A DNA stretch of 64,000 nucleotides from an uncultured Alphaproteobacteria bacterium (lineage in GTDB: Bacteria > Pseudomonadota > Alphaproteobacteria > HIMB59 > GCA-002718135). Below, in pieces: positions 11,131 to 23,546 of the stretch (its first letter is position 1; every line of letters begins with the position of its first letter). The stretch lies in contig CACGJH010000003.1 in NCBI GenBank assembly GCA_902573325.1, forward strand, positions 41,592 through 105,591. Direction: 5' to 3'. The notes under the pieces are model-generated. The model was not told the origin of the DNA, searched no databases, and was given only the letters and a program-made list of their open reading frames with translations. A program made the position numbers and the translations under genes.

Positions 11131-11610
11131 TTATCTATATTTTCTATCGAGATGAATATTTTGAGCAATTTCTTGCTCCCATCTATCTCCATTTTCTAAA
11201 AGTTTATCTTTATTATAAATTAATTCTTCTCTTGTTTCAGTGGCAAATTCAAAATTTGGTCCTTCTACTATCGCATCAACTGGGCAAGATTCTTGACATA
11301 AACCACAGTAAATACATTTAGTCATATCTATATCATATCTTGTTGTTCTTCTACTTCCATCCTCTCTTGGCTCTGCTTCAATTGTAATTGCCTGAGCAGG
11401 GCATACTGCTTCACAAAGTTTACATGCGATACATCTCTCTTCCCCACTTGGATATCTTCTCAAAGCATGCTCGCCTCTAAAACGTGGGCTTAATGGACCT
11501 TTTTCGTGAGGATAATTTATTGTAACCTTAGATTTAAATATGTATTTGAAAGTTAAAAATAGTCCTTGAAATAATTCAAATAAAGTAAAAGATTTAATTA
11601 ATTTATACAT
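11131..11610 (-). CDS. nuoI: NADH-quinone oxidoreductase subunit I
   Basis: Two CxxCxxCxxxCP 4Fe-4S motifs; start placed at ATG 11610 just after the nuoH stop rather than 11631. Confidence 0.96.
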   Translation of the reverse strand: MYKLIKSFTLFELFQGLFLTFKYIFKSKVTINYPHEKGPLSPRFRGEHALRRYPSGEERCIACKLCEAVCPAQAITIEAEPREDGSRRTTRYDIDMTKCIYCGLCQESCPVDAIVEGPNFEFATETREELIYNKDKLLENGDRWEQEIAQNIHLDRKYR

Positions 11611-11611
11611 A

Positions 11612-12613
11612 TTAATTTGGCAGCATGTCAAAATATACTAAAAAACCAGAAGTTGCCACAACCCAAAACAAAGAAAACGGTAAAAAAACTTTCCATCCAA
11701 GTCTCATTAACTGATCATATCTATATCTTGGGAAAGTTCCTCTAACCCAAATAAATAAAAATAATATAAATATTACTTTTACAGTAAACCAGATTACTCC
11801 AGGAACAACATTTAATGGGTATACATCAAATGGAGGAAGCCATCCGCCTAAAAAAAGAATGACAGTCATAGAAGACATTAAAATCATACTCGCGTATTCA
11901 CCTAAAAAAAATAATACAAATGAAGCAGATGAATATTCAGTAAAAAATCCTGCAACAAGTGTTGATTCATCCTCAGGAAGATCAAAAGGTAATCTATTTG
12001 TTTCAGCTAACGCAGAAATAAAAAAAATAATAAACATAGGTAATAATGGAATTGCAAACCATACAGTCTGCTGAGCTAAAACTATCTTTGATAAATTTAA
12101 AGAACCTACACATAATAATACAGTAATTATTACAAATCCAATAGATACTTCATATGAAACCATTTGAGCAGCTGATCTTAATGCTCCTAGAAAAGGATAT
12201 TGAGAGTTACTAGCCCATCCAGCCATTATTATTCCATATACTCCAAGAGATGATACTGCAAACAGATACATGATACCTACGTTAATATCAGAGACTACCC
12301 ATCCTGGAGCAAAAGGTATTACTGCCCAACCTGCTAAGCTAAGTACCATTGTTATTATGGGTGCTAAAATAAAAACAATTTTATTTGATCCACTAGGTAT
12401 AATATTCTCTTTAGTAATAAGTTTTAATGCATCAGCAAAGCTCTGTAATATACCAAAAGGCCCAACTATATTTGGACCTCTTCTTAATTGAATTAATGCT
12501 AATACTTTTCTTTCAGCATAAACTAAAAAAGCTACAGATATTAAAACTGGCACAACAACAGCAAGTATTTGGGCAATGATTATTAACCCTGTAATTAATA
12601 TATCATAAGTCAT
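11612..12613 (-). CDS. nuoH: NADH-quinone oxidoreductase subunit H
   Basis: ERKV...[26 protein letters not shown]. Confidence 0.97.
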   Translation of the reverse strand: MTYDILITGLIIIAQILAVVVPVLISVAFLVYAERKVLALIQLRRGPNIVGPFGILQSFADALKLITKENIIPSGSNKIVFILAPIITMVLSLAGWAVIPFAPGWVVSDINVGIMYLFAVSSLGVYGIIMAGWASNSQYPFLGALRSAAQMVSYEVSIGFVIITVLLCVGSLNLSKIVLAQQTVWFAIPLLPMFIIFFISALAETNRLPFDLPEDESTLVAGFFTEYSSASFVLFFLGEYASMILMSSMTVILFLGGWLPPFDVYPLNVVPGVIWFTVKVIFILFLFIWVRGTFPRYRYDQLMRLGWKVFLPFSLFWVVATSGFLVYFDMLPN

Positions 12614-12620
12614 CTAATTA

Positions 12621-14660
12621 TTATGCTGCCTTATTTAAAATATCTTTAGTACATTTTGCCATTGTTTCAGAAGATCTAGAAATAGAATCATTCATATAAA
12701 AATTTTCAATGTTATACTTAATTTTAATATTCTCAATTTTATTATTTTTAGCAAAAGTTATTTCGCCAATAGAATTAACTTCATTTAAGAGAGCAAATTG
12801 ACCATAGGTACTTGTAATCTCATTTCGAAGCTCCCCAAGATTATTAAAATTTAAATTTTTTTCAAATAAGTCACTTAAAACTCTAAAAATTTTCCACTCC
12901 TCTTTTGCTTCACCTATTGGATTATGACACTTAGTTGTTTGAATAACTCTACCTTCTATATTCATATAAGTAGAACTTTTCTCAGTATATGCAGGGGTTG
13001 GTAAAATTATATCAGCTATAGATGCTGAAACATCTCCATGATGACCAAGATAAACAACAAAAGCATTTTCAAATGTTGAAAAATTTATCTCATCTAATCC
13101 CATTAAGAAAACTACAGGCTTTGTTTTATCAATATGTTTTTTTAATTGTTTATTGTAGTCATTATCAAATTTTTTATTATAAAATTTCAAATCTAATGCT
13201 CCTACTCTAGAAATATCTTGGTTAAGAATATTTAATGGATTTATATTTTTATTTTTTTGAATTTTTTTCGCAATTAATCCTGCAGTTTCTAATATTTTTT
13301 TTCCATGACCATTATTTATTGCTGAAGTACCTAAAATTATAAGTGGGTTTTTTGCAGATTTTAAAACTTTATTGAATTCAGATTTATTATTAGATAATTT
13401 ATTTAGGTAATCTAAAGAATCAGATAAATGATGATAATCGTAAGTTAGATCTAATTTAGGACCTACAAGGCCAATTTTGCAGTTATTTTCAATATATGCC
13501 TTTCTAATTCTAGCGTTTAGTACCGCTGCTTCCCATCTAGGGTTTGATCCGATTAAAAGAATAGCATCAGCCTTTTCAATTTCTTGAATTGTTGAATTAA
13601 ATTTATAGCTTGAAGATGCATTATCGATAATTTGTGTATTATCAAATCTGCAATCATAGTTTTTTGATTTTAGTGAATTGCTAAATTTTTGTGCGGAATA
13701 TAAAGTTTCAATATCGGTAAACTTACCAGATAGGAATACAGTATTTTCTTTACCTCTTTTTGTAATTTCTTTTTTTATTAATTCAAATGCATTATCCCAT
13801 GAAGATTTTTGGAGTTTATTATTTGATTTAGAATATACATTATCCAATCTTTGACTTGAGAGTCCATCAACTGCAAATCTAGATTTATCACTTATCCATT
13901 CTTCATTGGTTTCTTCATTTATTCTAGGAAGAGCTCTTAAAACTTTTTTTCCTCTTGTATCAATCCTTATACTTGAACCTATACCATCAAACACATCAAA
14001 TGTTTCTGTCTTGGTTAGCTCCCATGGTCTAGATTTAAATGCATATGGTTTACTTGTTAAAGCACCTACGGGGCATAAATCAATTACATTTCCAGATAAT
14101 TCTGACTCAATAGTTTTTTCTAAGTACGTCGTGATCTCAGCATTTTCACCTCTGCCAAGTAATCCTATATCATCAACACCCGCAACTTCTGTAGAAAACC
14201 TTACGCATCTTGTACAATGTATACATCTTGTCATAATTGTTTTGACAAGTGGTCCCATATTTTTATTTTGAACTGCTCTTTTGTTTTCTTCATATCTAGT
14301 TTTATCAAAACCATAATACATCGCTTGATCTTGAAGATCACATTCTCCTCCTTGATCACAAATAGGGCAGTCCAATGGATGATTAATGAGAAGAAACTCC
14401 ATTACACCTTTTCGAGCTTTTTTAACTGTTTCTGTTTTTGTTTTTATAACCATTCCATCTGCAGCTGGCATGGCACATGATGCAATAGGTTTAGGAGCTT
14501 TTTCCATTTCTACTAAACACATTCTACAGTTTCCTGCTATTGAGAGTTTTTCATGATAACAAAATCTTGGAATTTCAGTTCCAGCTTGTTCACAAGCTTG
14601 CATTACGGTCATGCCGTTTTCAAATTCGTATTCTTTATTATCAATTGTTATCTTTGGCAC
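12621..14660 (-). CDS. nuoG: NADH-quinone oxidoreductase subunit G
   Basis: IPRFCYH, GNCRMCLVE, HPLDCPICDQGGEC, RCIHCTRCVRF; GTG start. Confidence 0.97.
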   Translation of the reverse strand: MPKITIDNKEYEFENGMTVMQACEQAGTEIPRFCYHEKLSIAGNCRMCLVEMEKAPKPIASCAMPAADGMVIKTKTETVKKARKGVMEFLLINHPLDCPICDQGGECDLQDQAMYYGFDKTRYEENKRAVQNKNMGPLVKTIMTRCIHCTRCVRFSTEVAGVDDIGLLGRGENAEITTYLEKTIESELSGNVIDLCPVGALTSKPYAFKSRPWELTKTETFDVFDGIGSSIRIDTRGKKVLRALPRINEETNEEWISDKSRFAVDGLSSQRLDNVYSKSNNKLQKSSWDNAFELIKKEITKRGKENTVFLSGKFTDIETLYSAQKFSNSLKSKNYDCRFDNTQIIDNASSSYKFNSTIQEIEKADAILLIGSNPRWEAAVLNARIRKAYIENNCKIGLVGPKLDLTYDYHHLSDSLDYLNKLSNNKSEFNKVLKSAKNPLIILGTSAINNGHGKKILETAGLIAKKIQKNKNINPLNILNQDISRVGALDLKFYNKKFDNDYNKQLKKHIDKTKPVVFLMGLDEINFSTFENAFVVYLGHHGDVSASIADIILPTPAYTEKSSTYMNIEGRVIQTTKCHNPIGEAKEEWKIFRVLSDLFEKNLNFNNLGELRNEITSTYGQFALLNEVNSIGEITFAKNNKIENIKIKYNIENFYMNDSISRSSETMAKCTKDILNKAA

Positions 14661-15934
14661 TAGGCTACTCTTCTATTTCTTTCTTGAATTCTTTTTTCAA
14701 TTTCAGGTCTAAAGTGCCTAAACAAACCTTGAATAGGCCAAGCAGCAGCATCACCTAAGGCACAAATAGTATGACCTTCAATTTGCTTAGTCACATCTAA
14801 AATTTTATCAATATCTTGATGTTCAACATTTCCATGAACCATTTTTTCCATCATTCTGTACATCCATCCAGTACCTTCTCTGCAAGGTGTACATTGACCA
14901 CAGCTTTCATGTTTATAAAAATGTGATAATCTAGCTATTGCTTCAACAATATCTGTTGATTTATTCATTACAATAACAGCAGCAGTTCCTAATCCACTTT
15001 GAACTTCTTTTAGGCTATCAAAATCCATTTTAACTGTATCGCAAATAGACTTAGGTAATAAAGGCACACTTGCACCTCCAGGAATTACAGCTAATAAATT
15101 TTCCCAACCACCAATTACACCACCTGCATGTTTTTCAATCAGTTCTTTTAATGGTATCCCCATTTCCTCTTCTACATTGCATGGATTATTAACGTGTCCT
15201 GAAATACTAAAAATTTTTGTACCTGTATTGTTGGCACTTCCTAAATCAGCGAACCATTTTGAACCACGTCTTAAAATAGTTGGTGAAACAGCAACTGTTT
15301 CAACATTTGTAACTGTTGTTGGGCATCCATATAAACCTGCGCCAGCGGGAAACGGAGGTTTTAATCGAGGTTGGCCTTTTTTACCCTCTAAACTTTCAAG
15401 TAAAGCAGTTTCTTCACCACAAATATATGCTCCTGCTCCTCTGTGAAGATAAATATTAAAATCCCACCCTGTACCACATGCATTTTTACCAATTAAATTA
15501 TTTGCATAGGCTTCATCTATTGCTTTTTGTAAATTAGAAGATTCAGAATAATATTCACCCCTTATATAAATATAACAAGTATGTGCATGCATAGCAAAGG
15601 CAGCAACCAAACAACCTTCTAAAAGAAGATGTGGGTCGTTTCTCATAATCTCTCGATCTTTACATGTGCCTGGCTCTGACTCATCTGCATTAACGACTAG
15701 GTAATGATCTTTTCCAGAGTCTTTTGGCATAAATGACCACTTAAGCCCCGCAGGGAAACCTGCTCCTCCCCTTCCTCTTAATTGACTATTTTTAATTTCC
15801 TCAACAATTTTTTCGCTACCCATTTTAATAAGTTCTTTAGTATTTGACCAAATACCTCTTTTTTTGGCACCTTCTAATTTCCAGTCGTCAAAACCGTATA
15901 GATTTTTAAAAATTTTATCTTTTTCCTTAAGCAT
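14660..15934 (-). CDS. nuoF: NADH-quinone oxidoreductase subunit F
   Basis: [37 protein letters not shown]; probable start ATG 15934 (MLKEKD). Confidence 0.97.
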   Translation of the reverse strand: MLKEKDKIFKNLYGFDDWKLEGAKKRGIWSNTKELIKMGSEKIVEEIKNSQLRGRGGAGFPAGLKWSFMPKDSGKDHYLVVNADESEPGTCKDREIMRNDPHLLLEGCLVAAFAMHAHTCYIYIRGEYYSESSNLQKAIDEAYANNLIGKNACGTGWDFNIYLHRGAGAYICGEETALLESLEGKKGQPRLKPPFPAGAGLYGCPTTVTNVETVAVSPTILRRGSKWFADLGSANNTGTKIFSISGHVNNPCNVEEEMGIPLKELIEKHAGGVIGGWENLLAVIPGGASVPLLPKSICDTVKMDFDSLKEVQSGLGTAAVIVMNKSTDIVEAIARLSHFYKHESCGQCTPCREGTGWMYRMMEKMVHGNVEHQDIDKILDVTKQIEGHTICALGDAAAWPIQGLFRHFRPEIEKRIQERNRRVA

Positions 15935-16526
15935 CAAATTTTCTTTCAGGTTGTGATGATTTTCTACCAATTTGTGAACCTACTTTTATTGATTTATTAT
16001 CTTTTAAATCTTGAAGTATTTTTTTAAAACTCTCTTCATCTAAATCTTCATAATAATCATCATTGATCTGGACCATAGGAGCATTGCAACATGCGCCTAA
16101 GCATTCAACTTCAACAACTGTAAATATTTCATCATCACTTGTCTCACCAATATTAGTTTCGCAAACTTCTTGTGCAACTTTAGACAGTTTATCACTCCCT
16201 CTTAACCAACAAGGTGTCGTTCTACAAATTTGTACAAAATTTTTACCAATAGGTTCTAAATTAAACATGGAATAAAAAGTGGCAACTTCCAGCACTCTTA
16301 TATAAGACATACTTAGAGTTTCAGCTACTTTTTCCATTGAGTTTTTACTTAGCCATCCATTATTTTGTCTTTGTGCTAAATCAAGTAAAGGAATAACTGC
16401 GCTTTGAAGACGGTTTGATGGATATTTTTTTATTATTTCAGAAATTTTTTTAAAATTTTCTGATGACCATTCAAAATTATCATTAATTTTTTTATATACT
16501 TTATTATTTGTACCAGGATGATGCAT
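15927..16526 (-). CDS. nuoE: NADH-quinone oxidoreductase subunit E
   Basis: [22 protein letters not shown] 2Fe-2S ligands. Confidence 0.97.
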   Translation of the reverse strand: MHHPGTNNKVYKKINDNFEWSSENFKKISEIIKKYPSNRLQSAVIPLLDLAQRQNNGWLSKNSMEKVAETLSMSYIRVLEVATFYSMFNLEPIGKNFVQICRTTPCWLRGSDKLSKVAQEVCETNIGETSDDEIFTVVEVECLGACCNAPMVQINDDYYEDLDEESFKKILQDLKDNKSIKVGSQIGRKSSQPERKFDA

Positions 16527-17704
16527 TATCTATCTATCTCTCCAAAAACAATATCTAAGCTACCTAGTATAGCGGCTATGTCAGCCATTAAGTGACCTTT
16601 AGATAAATGATCCAATGTTTGAAGGTGTGCAAAACCTGGTGCTCTTATTTTACATCTATATGGTTTACTAGATCCATCAGAAACAAGGTAAACGCCAAAT
16701 TCACCCTTTGGAGCTTCTACTGCACTATAAACTTGACCAGCGGGAACACGGTAACCTTCAGTGAAAAGTTTAAAATGATGAATTAAAGCCTCCATTGATT
16801 TTTTCATTTGATTTCTTTTAGGAGGTGTAATTTTATTATCCTCAATTGATATTGGACCTGGTTTGATTTTATTTAAACATTGGTTAATAATACTAATGCT
16901 TTGTCTCATTTCCTCTATGCGAACCAAATATCGATCAAAACAATCACCCTTTTTTCCAACAGGAACTTCAAAATCAACTTGATCATAGGCGTCATAAGGT
17001 TGAGATCTTCTTAAATCCCATGCTACACCTGCACTTCTTAATACAGGACCAGAACACCCCCATTCAATTGCTTCTGACTTTGAAATTATTCCTATATCAA
17101 CTGATCTTTGTCTTAAAATTCTGTTATTAGTAAGCAAACTTTCAAGATCATCAATAAATTTTGGAAGAGTTTTAAAATGTTCAAATAATTTTTCTTCCAT
17201 TCCTTCTGGCATATCCTGATGAACGCCGCCAGGTCTAAAATAGGCTGCATGAAATCTTGCCCCAGATACTGCTTCATGAAACTCCAAAAGCTTTTCCCTT
17301 TCTTCAAAACACCATAAAAAAGGTGTCACTGCACCAATGTCAGCAGCATAGGCAGGTATATTTAATAAATGATTTAGTATTCTAGTAATTTCTGCAAAAA
17401 TAACCCGAATATATTTAGCTCTTTCAGGAACATTGATACCTAGGAGATTTTCGGTTGCCAATGCAAAAGCATGTTCTTGACACATTGGTGAAACGTAATC
17501 AAGTCTATCAAAATAAGGGACAGCCTGAAGATAAGTTTTATATTCAATTAATTTTTCTGTCCCCCTATGTAACAATCCGATGTGTGGTTCTGTTCTTTGA
17601 ACTACTTCACCTTCAAGCTCAACTACTAAACGTAAAACACCATGCGCAGCTGGATGTTGAGGGCCAAAGTTAATTGTAGTTGTATTAAGCTCTACTTCTT
17701 TCAT
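16526..17704 (-). CDS. nuoD: NADH-quinone oxidoreductase subunit D
   Basis: [29 protein letters not shown]. Confidence 0.98.
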   Translation of the reverse strand: MKEVELNTTTINFGPQHPAAHGVLRLVVELEGEVVQRTEPHIGLLHRGTEKLIEYKTYLQAVPYFDRLDYVSPMCQEHAFALATENLLGINVPERAKYIRVIFAEITRILNHLLNIPAYAADIGAVTPFLWCFEEREKLLEFHEAVSGARFHAAYFRPGGVHQDMPEGMEEKLFEHFKTLPKFIDDLESLLTNNRILRQRSVDIGIISKSEAIEWGCSGPVLRSAGVAWDLRRSQPYDAYDQVDFEVPVGKKGDCFDRYLVRIEEMRQSISIINQCLNKIKPGPISIEDNKITPPKRNQMKKSMEALIHHFKLFTEGYRVPAGQVYSAVEAPKGEFGVYLVSDGSSKPYRCKIRAPGFAHLQTLDHLSKGHLMADIAAILGSLDIVFGEIDR

Positions 17705-18286
17705 TTAATTTTCACCAGTAGATTTATCATCACCAAAAAGTTTGTTTTCCATTCCTTCCCAAGGAGATTCACTATCGAAATTTCTAAATTCTTGAGTTAA
17801 CTTAACAGGCTCATATATTACTTTTTTTTCAAGATCATCGTAACGAACTTCTGTATGTCCTGTTAAAGGAAAATCTTTGCGCAACGGATAACCATCAAAA
17901 TTATAATCCGTCATTATCCTTCTTAAATCAGGATGGTTAATAAATTCAATTCCAAATAAATCATAACATTCTCTTTCATACCAATCCGCAGATTTGTGAA
18001 TATTTGTTATTGATTCTATGTTTTCATTTTCTTTAATAAAAGTTTTAAGAATAATTTTTTTATTTTTAGTTAAACTTTGCAAAATATAAATCAAATCAAA
18101 TCTAAATTCTCTTGAAGGATAATCTACAGCTGTAATATCTAATAATTGATTAAAATTAAGCTCAGTATTATCTCTCAATTCGTTAAAAATTTTTATAATA
18201 TTATTTTTTTCAAATTCTATTTCTAACAAATTATTATTCTCTAAAACATTATTTATGCCATCTATTTTAGTAAGAAATTTAATCAT
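17705..18286 (-). CDS. nuoC: NADH-quinone oxidoreductase subunit C
   Basis: WYERECYDLFG, HPDLRRI, PLRKDFP. Confidence 0.97.
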   Translation of the reverse strand: MIKFLTKIDGINNVLENNNLLEIEFEKNNIIKIFNELRDNTELNFNQLLDITAVDYPSREFRFDLIYILQSLTKNKKIILKTFIKENENIESITNIHKSADWYERECYDLFGIEFINHPDLRRIMTDYNFDGYPLRKDFPLTGHTEVRYDDLEKKVIYEPVKLTQEFRNFDSESPWEGMENKLFGDDKSTGEN

Positions 18287-18292
18287 ATAAAA

Positions 18293-18805
18293 TTATCTTT
18301 TAAATTTATTTTCTCTTCTAATTTTTTTCTGTAATTGCAATATACCGTAGACTAATGCTTCTGCTGTTGGGGGGCATCCTGGTACATAAACGTCAACGGG
18401 AACTATCCTATCACACCCTCTAACTACTGAATACGAGTAGTGATAATATCCACCACCATTTGCACATGAACCCATTGATATTACCCACCGAGGTTCAGGC
18501 ATTTGATCATAAACTTTTCTTAAAGCCGGTGCCATTTTATTTGTTAGTGTTCCAGCAACAATCATTACATCAGATTGTCTAGGACTACCTCTTGGTATAA
18601 CTCCATAACGATCTAGATCATATCTTGCCATATAAGAATGTATCATTTCTACTCCACAACATGCCAATCCGAATGTCATAGGCCATAAGGAACCAGTTCT
18701 AGCCCAGGTAAGAATTTTATCATAGCTTGCAACTAAGAAACCCTTAGAAGATAATTCTGTGTTTAGATTATCATCAACAATTTTTTTTGCTTCATCTACT
18801 CCCAT
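18293..18805 (-). CDS. nuoB: NADH-quinone oxidoreductase subunit B
   Basis: [22 protein letters not shown]; probable start ATG 18805 (MGVDE). Confidence 0.97.
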   Translation of the reverse strand: MGVDEAKKIVDDNLNTELSSKGFLVASYDKILTWARTGSLWPMTFGLACCGVEMIHSYMARYDLDRYGVIPRGSPRQSDVMIVAGTLTNKMAPALRKVYDQMPEPRWVISMGSCANGGGYYHYSYSVVRGCDRIVPVDVYVPGCPPTAEALVYGILQLQKKIRRENKFKR

Positions 18806-19161
18806 TCTAAAGCACCTTTTTTCCATTCATAAATAAAACCAATAGTTAAGACAGTCAGGAATATCATCATTGACCAAAAACCAAACAATCCAATTTTACC
18901 AAGTGTTATTGCCCACGGAAACAAGAAGGCAACTTCTAAATCAAAGATAATAAATAAGATTGCTACTAAATAAAATCTTACATCAAATCGTCCACGAGCA
19001 TCATCAAAAGCCTCAAATCCACACTCATAAGCAGACAATTTTTCTTTATCTGGCTGAGAGTCTCCAACTACAAAAGATAATAAAGTCATTCCAATAGCCA
19101 ATGCCAAAGCTATGAAAATAAAAATTAATATTGGTAAATATTCAAATAGAAACTCTGACAC
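18796..19161 (-). CDS. nuoA: NADH-quinone oxidoreductase subunit A
   Basis: [23 protein letters not shown]; GTG start. Confidence 0.97.
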   Translation of the reverse strand: MSEFLFEYLPILIFIFIALALAIGMTLLSFVVGDSQPDKEKLSAYECGFEAFDDARGRFDVRFYLVAILFIIFDLEVAFLFPWAITLGKIGLFGFWSMMIFLTVLTIGFIYEWKKGALEWE

Positions 19162-19260
19162 TATAATCTCACAATTAAATTAGTAATGTATTTAACGATT
19201 TATTCAACAATAACAACGTGTCTAGTTGCGACTTTAGTACACAAAAAATTCATAAATAAG

Positions 19261-19337
19261 TGGCGCGAGAGACGGGATTCGAACCCGCGGCCTCTGCCGT
19301 GACAGGGCAGCGTTCTAACCAGCTGAACTACTCCCGC
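19261..19337 (-). tRNA. tRNA-Asp (GTC)
   Basis: Reverse complement GCGGGAG TAGTTCAGCTGGTTAGAAC G CTGCC CT GTC AC GGCAG ... GGTTCGAATCC ... CTCTCGC G CCA. Confidence 0.97.
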
Positions 19338-19340
19338 GCA

Positions 19341-19416
19341 TGGTGGGTGTTGAGAGACTTGAACTCCCGACCCTCTCGGTGTAAACGAGATGCTCTACCA
19401 ACTGAGCTAAACACCC
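19341..19416 (-). tRNA. tRNA-Val (TAC)
   Basis: GGGTGTT TAGCTCAGTTGGTAGAGC A TCTCG TT TAC AC CGAGA ... GTTCAAGTC ... AACACCC A CCA. Confidence 0.97.
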
Positions 19417-19425
19417 AAATAAAAT

Positions 19426-19451
19426 CGGCTGTTAAATTTATTTAACAGCCG
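19426..19451 (-). terminator. Inverted repeat / probable intrinsic terminator of HU gene
   Basis: Perfect 12-bp IR CGGCTGTTAAAT-tt-ATTTAACAGCCG, followed on the minus strand by ATTTTATTT. Confidence 0.65.
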
Positions 19452-19471
19452 GTGCAAGAAAAAAAGGTAAT

Positions 19472-19747
19472 TTAATTGTTTACTGAGTCTTTTAAAGCTT
19501 TTCCAACAGTAAATTTAGGTCTCTTAGATGCTGGTATTTGAATAGACTCACCCGTTCTAGGGTTTCTACCAGTAGTAGCTTTTCTATGGCTAACGCTAAA
19601 ATTACCAAAACCTACAATGCTAACCTTTTCATCTCTTTTTAAAGAATTAGTTATTGCATCTAGAAAGCTTTCAATTGCCCTAGTTGCGTCAGATTTTGAT
19701 AGTCCTGCGGAAGATGCTACGGAAGCAATAAGATCATTTTTGTTCAC
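19472..19747 (-). CDS. hupB: DNA-binding protein HU
   Basis: MNKNDLI, GFGNF, GRNPRTGE, PKFTVGKALK; downstream of lon. Confidence 0.95.
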   Translation of the reverse strand: MNKNDLIASVASSAGLSKSDATRAIESFLDAITNSLKRDEKVSIVGFGNFSVSHRKATTGRNPRTGESIQIPASKRPKFTVGKALKDSVNN

Positions 19748-19883
19748 TTTTAATCTCCTTTAATAAATTTTTTTGATAATTGTCTGTTTTTAAAACAAGT
19801 CAACATTATTATAAGAATTTTCCCAGAAAAAAGGGAATTTAACAATAAAATGGCTAAATATAATGATTATTTATGATTTAATA

Positions 19884-22250
19884 TTAATGAGTACTAGTGG
19901 TATTTTGATTATTTTTTAATTGAGATTCGCTTAAATTTAACGGAATTATTGATTTTGTTAGAGTATGCTCAAGAATTGCAAAAGCATCAGATACAGGAAT
20001 TATCTTAATTCCTTTAATTACTTCTTTATCAAATTCAGAAACTTCTCTAAAATTTTCTTGAGGTACAAGAACTTTTTTTATACCTGCTCTGCTTGCTGCA
20101 TATATCTTTTCTTTTAATCCCCCAATTGGCAAAACTCTTCCCCTAAGCGTAATTTCACCTGTCATTGCTACATCTCTTTTAATCTTATTGTTTGTAAGGG
20201 ATGATACTAAAGAATTAAAAATAGCAATGCCTGCGCTTGGACCATCTTTAGGTGTTGCTCCTTCTGGGACATGTATATGAATGTCATAATTCTCAAAATC
20301 TTTTGGGTTTATACCTAAACTTATAGATTTAGACTTTACATAGGAAGTGGCAGCTTGAATTGATTCCTTCATTACTTCACCTAATTTGCCTGTAATAGTC
20401 AGTTTTCCTTTACCTATAGATAAAATAACCTCAACTGATAAAATTTCTCCTCCTACTTCAGTCCATGCTAGACCATTAGTGACACCCACAAGATTCTTTT
20501 TTTCAATTTCACTCGATCTAAATTTTGCAATACCTAATAGATCTTGTAAAGATTTATCGTTTAATTTAATATTTTTTAATCTGGTGGTTTCTAATTTCTT
20601 TACAGTCTTTCTACAAACTTTAGATATTTCTTTTTCAAGATTTCTGACGCCCGCTTCTTTTGTATAATTTCTAATTATTGAATTTATAACTTTGGAATTA
20701 AATGAAATTTCAGATTTTTTTATACCATGATTTTTGATTTGCTTAGGAATTAAGTATCTTTTTGCAATTTGATTTTTTTCTTTTTCTGTGTAACCAGGTA
20801 TTCTTATAACCTCCATTCTATCAAGAAGAGCTGGGGGTATATTAAGAGTATTTGCAGTACATACAAACATTACATCGGAGAGATCATAGTCTAGTTCTAA
20901 ATAATGATCATTGAACTTACTATTTTGTTCAGGATCTAGGACTTCCAGAAGTGCAGAAGACGGATCACCTCTCCAATCGGCTCCGAGTTTATCAATTTCA
21001 TCTAATAAGATTAATGGGTTAGAAGATCTTGATTTTTTCATTGCTTGAATGAACCTACCAGGCATTGATCCAATGTATGTTTTTCTGTGACCTCTAATTT
21101 CTGCCTCATCTCTTACACCACCAAGAGACATTCTTACAAAACTTCTTCCTGTAGAATTTGCAATAGATTTACCGAGAGATGTCTTTCCAACACCAGGGGG
21201 TCCAACCAAACATAAAATAGGACCTTTAAGTTTATTGGTTCTTTTTTGAACAGCTAAATATTCAAGAATTCTCTCTTTAACTTTTTCTAATCCATAGTGG
21301 TCATTTTCTAATATATTGGAAGCTTTATTGATATTTTGAGAAATTTGATCAGGATTATTCCAAGGTATGGACATTACCCAGTCTAAATAGTTTCTAATTA
21401 CAGTTGCCTCAGCTGACATAGGGCTCATATTTTTTAATTTTTTAATTTCTGCTGAACATTTATCTTTAGCTTCTTTTGATAAATTATACTGGTTTACTTT
21501 TTTTTCTAACTCAGCAATTTCATCTAAATCTTCATTTTCTCCTAATTCCTTTTGAATAGCTTTCATTTGTTCATTTAAATAATATTCTTTCTGTGTTTTC
21601 TCCATTTGTCTTTTTACTCGACCCTTAATTTTTTTCTCAACTTGAAAAGAATCAATTTCAGATACTAAATAACCATAGACTTTATTAAGTCTATCTTCTG
21701 TATTTGTGATTTCTAAAATCTCTTGTTTTTGGGATATAGAAATTGAAATGTTAGATACAATTGCATCAACAATTTTATCTGGATCACTAAATGTTCTAAC
21801 ATTGTTGATTACATCAAGAGAAACTTTTTTATTAATTTTTTGAAATTCAACAAATTGTTCAATAATAAGTTTTTGCAAAGCTCTTATATTTGAATTTTTT
21901 TTAGTTTTTTTATTAATTTCAGTAATTGATGCAGAAATGAATTCTTTATTAAAATTTATTTTATTTATTTTTGCTCTTTGGATACCTTCAACTAAAACCT
22001 TAAGAGTTCCATCTGGTAGTTTTAATAGCTGGATAATTTTAGCAATGGTTCCTATAGAATATAGGTTTTCCCTATTAGGATTATCAATTTTTGAATTCTT
22101 TTGAGAGACTAAAAAAATTTTCTTATCACCTGTCATTACGTGGTTTAGAGCATTTACTGATTGCTCTCTTCCTACAAATAGAGGCGCAACCATATTAGGA
22201 AATACCACTATATCTCTAAGCGGGAGAACAGGGATTTGATTTTTTGCCAT
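19884..22250 (-). CDS. lon: Lon protease
   Basis: PLRDIVVFP, GPPGVGKT, DEIDK, PKDGPSAG, IGGLKEK. Confidence 0.98.
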   Translation of the reverse strand: MAKNQIPVLPLRDIVVFPNMVAPLFVGREQSVNALNHVMTGDKKIFLVSQKNSKIDNPNRENLYSIGTIAKIIQLLKLPDGTLKVLVEGIQRAKINKINFNKEFISASITEINKKTKKNSNIRALQKLIIEQFVEFQKINKKVSLDVINNVRTFSDPDKIVDAIVSNISISISQKQEILEITNTEDRLNKVYGYLVSEIDSFQVEKKIKGRVKRQMEKTQKEYYLNEQMKAIQKELGENEDLDEIAELEKKVNQYNLSKEAKDKCSAEIKKLKNMSPMSAEATVIRNYLDWVMSIPWNNPDQISQNINKASNILENDHYGLEKVKERILEYLAVQKRTNKLKGPILCLVGPPGVGKTSLGKSIANSTGRSFVRMSLGGVRDEAEIRGHRKTYIGSMPGRFIQAMKKSRSSNPLILLDEIDKLGADWRGDPSSALLEVLDPEQNSKFNDHYLELDYDLSDVMFVCTANTLNIPPALLDRMEVIRIPGYTEKEKNQIAKRYLIPKQIKNHGIKKSEISFNSKVINSIIRNYTKEAGVRNLEKEISKVCRKTVKKLETTRLKNIKLNDKSLQDLLGIAKFRSSEIEKKNLVGVTNGLAWTEVGGEILSVEVILSIGKGKLTITGKLGEVMKESIQAATSYVKSKSISLGINPKDFENYDIHIHVPEGATPKDGPSAGIAIFNSLVSSLTNNKIKRDVAMTGEITLRGRVLPIGGLKEKIYAASRAGIKKVLVPQENFREVSEFDKEVIKGIKIIPVSDAFAILEHTLTKSIIPLNLSESQLKNNQNTTSTH

Positions 22251-22280
22251 ATTTTATAAATGTCTATATATTGATTAAAT

Positions 22281-23546
22281 TCAAGAGTTATTAGTCATTA
22301 ATTTTTGGCTATTTTCTTTATTTGAATAAATTAAAATAGGATCATTTTTTTTTAAAATTACATCCTTATTTATTACTACTTTATATAAATCCTTTTGATC
22401 TGGAATTTTATACATGAGATCCATTAGTGAGTCTTCTATTATAGATCTTAATCCTCTAGCGCCAGTATTTTGAGATACTGCTAACTTTGCAATTTCTTTT
22501 AAAGCATCTTCTTTAATTTCCAATTTAACCCCATCCATTTTCAAGAGAGATTCAAATTGCTTTACGATGGCGTTTTTTGGCTGAGTCATTATTCGAATTA
22601 GCATATCTTCATCAAGTTCACTCAAAGTGGTAATTACTGGAAGTCTTCCAATAAATTCTGGTATCATTCCAAATTTTAATAAATCTTGGTTTTCCAATTT
22701 ATTAAGTGATACACCAACAGTTTTTTTAGTATCCAAATCTAATTTAGAATTAAAACCAATTGCAGTTCCTTTTAAACGATAATTTATAATTTCTTCTAAT
22801 CCTGAAAATGCTCCTCCACATATGAAAAGTATGTTTGAAGTATCGACTTGTAAAAATTCTTGTTGAGGATGTTTTCTTCCTCCTTGAGGTGGAACACTAG
22901 CTATAGTTCCTTCCATAATTTTAAGTAGTGCCTGCTGCACACCTTCCCCGGAAACATCTCTGGTTATAGATGGATTATCGCTTTTTCTTCCAATTTTATC
23001 AATTTCATCAATATAAACTATTCCTTTTTGTGCACGCTCAACATTATAATCAGACGCTTGCAATAATTTAAGTATTATATTCTCAACATCCTCACCAACA
23101 TAACCTGCTTCTGTTAAACTCGTTGCATCAGCAACAGTAAAAGGAACATCTAATATTTTTGCTAATGTTTGAGCTAATAATGTTTTACCGGTTCCAGTTG
23201 GGCCAACAAGAAGAATATTAGATTTTGAAATTTCGATATTATCATTTTCTAAATTGGAAGATAATCTTTTATAGTGATTGTAAACAGCTACAGAGAGTAT
23301 TTTTTTTGAATCTTTCTGACCTATAACATAATCATTTAAAAATTTATTTATTTCTGAGGGCTTAGGTATATCTTTTTTAATCTTGAATTTATTATTTTTA
23401 TTATCCTCTTTAATGATGTCCATGCATAGTTCTACACATTCATCACATACAAAAACAGTCGGACCAGCTATTAACTTTTTAACTTCTTTTTGATTTTTGC
23501 CGCAAAAAGAGCAAAACAATGAGTCTTTATCATTTTTCTTATTCAT
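22281..23546 (-). CDS. clpX: ATP-dependent Clp protease ATP-binding subunit ClpX
   Basis: CSFCGK zinc finger, [33 protein letters not shown] loop. Confidence 0.98.
   Translation of the reverse strand: MNKKNDKDSLFCSFCGKNQKEVKKLIAGPTVFVCDECVELCMDIIKEDNKNNKFKIKKDIPKPSEINKFLNDYVIGQKDSKKILSVAVYNHYKRLSSNLENDNIEISKSNILLVGPTGTGKTLLAQTLAKILDVPFTVADATSLTEAGYVGEDVENIILKLLQASDYNVERAQKGIVYIDEIDKIGRKSDNPSITRDVSGEGVQQALLKIMEGTIASVPPQGGRKHPQQEFLQVDTSNILFICGGAFSGLEEIINYRLKGTAIGFNSKLDLDTKKTVGVSLNKLENQDLLKFGMIPEFIGRLPVITTLSELDEDMLIRIMTQPKNAIVKQFESLLKMDGVKLEIKEDALKEIAKLAVSQNTGARGLRSIIEDSLMDLMYKIPDQKDLYKVVINKDVILKKNDPILIYSNKENSQKLMTNNS

Noticed and set aside
11611-18826. N-terminal extensions of nuoI, nuoF and nuoB given in the ORF track
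   Set aside because: They overlap upstream genes; downstream ATGs (11610, 15934, 18805) give normal proteins
19260-19445. 61-aa plus-strand ORF MARETGFEPAAS...
   Set aside because: Antisense shadow of tRNA-Asp and tRNA-Val
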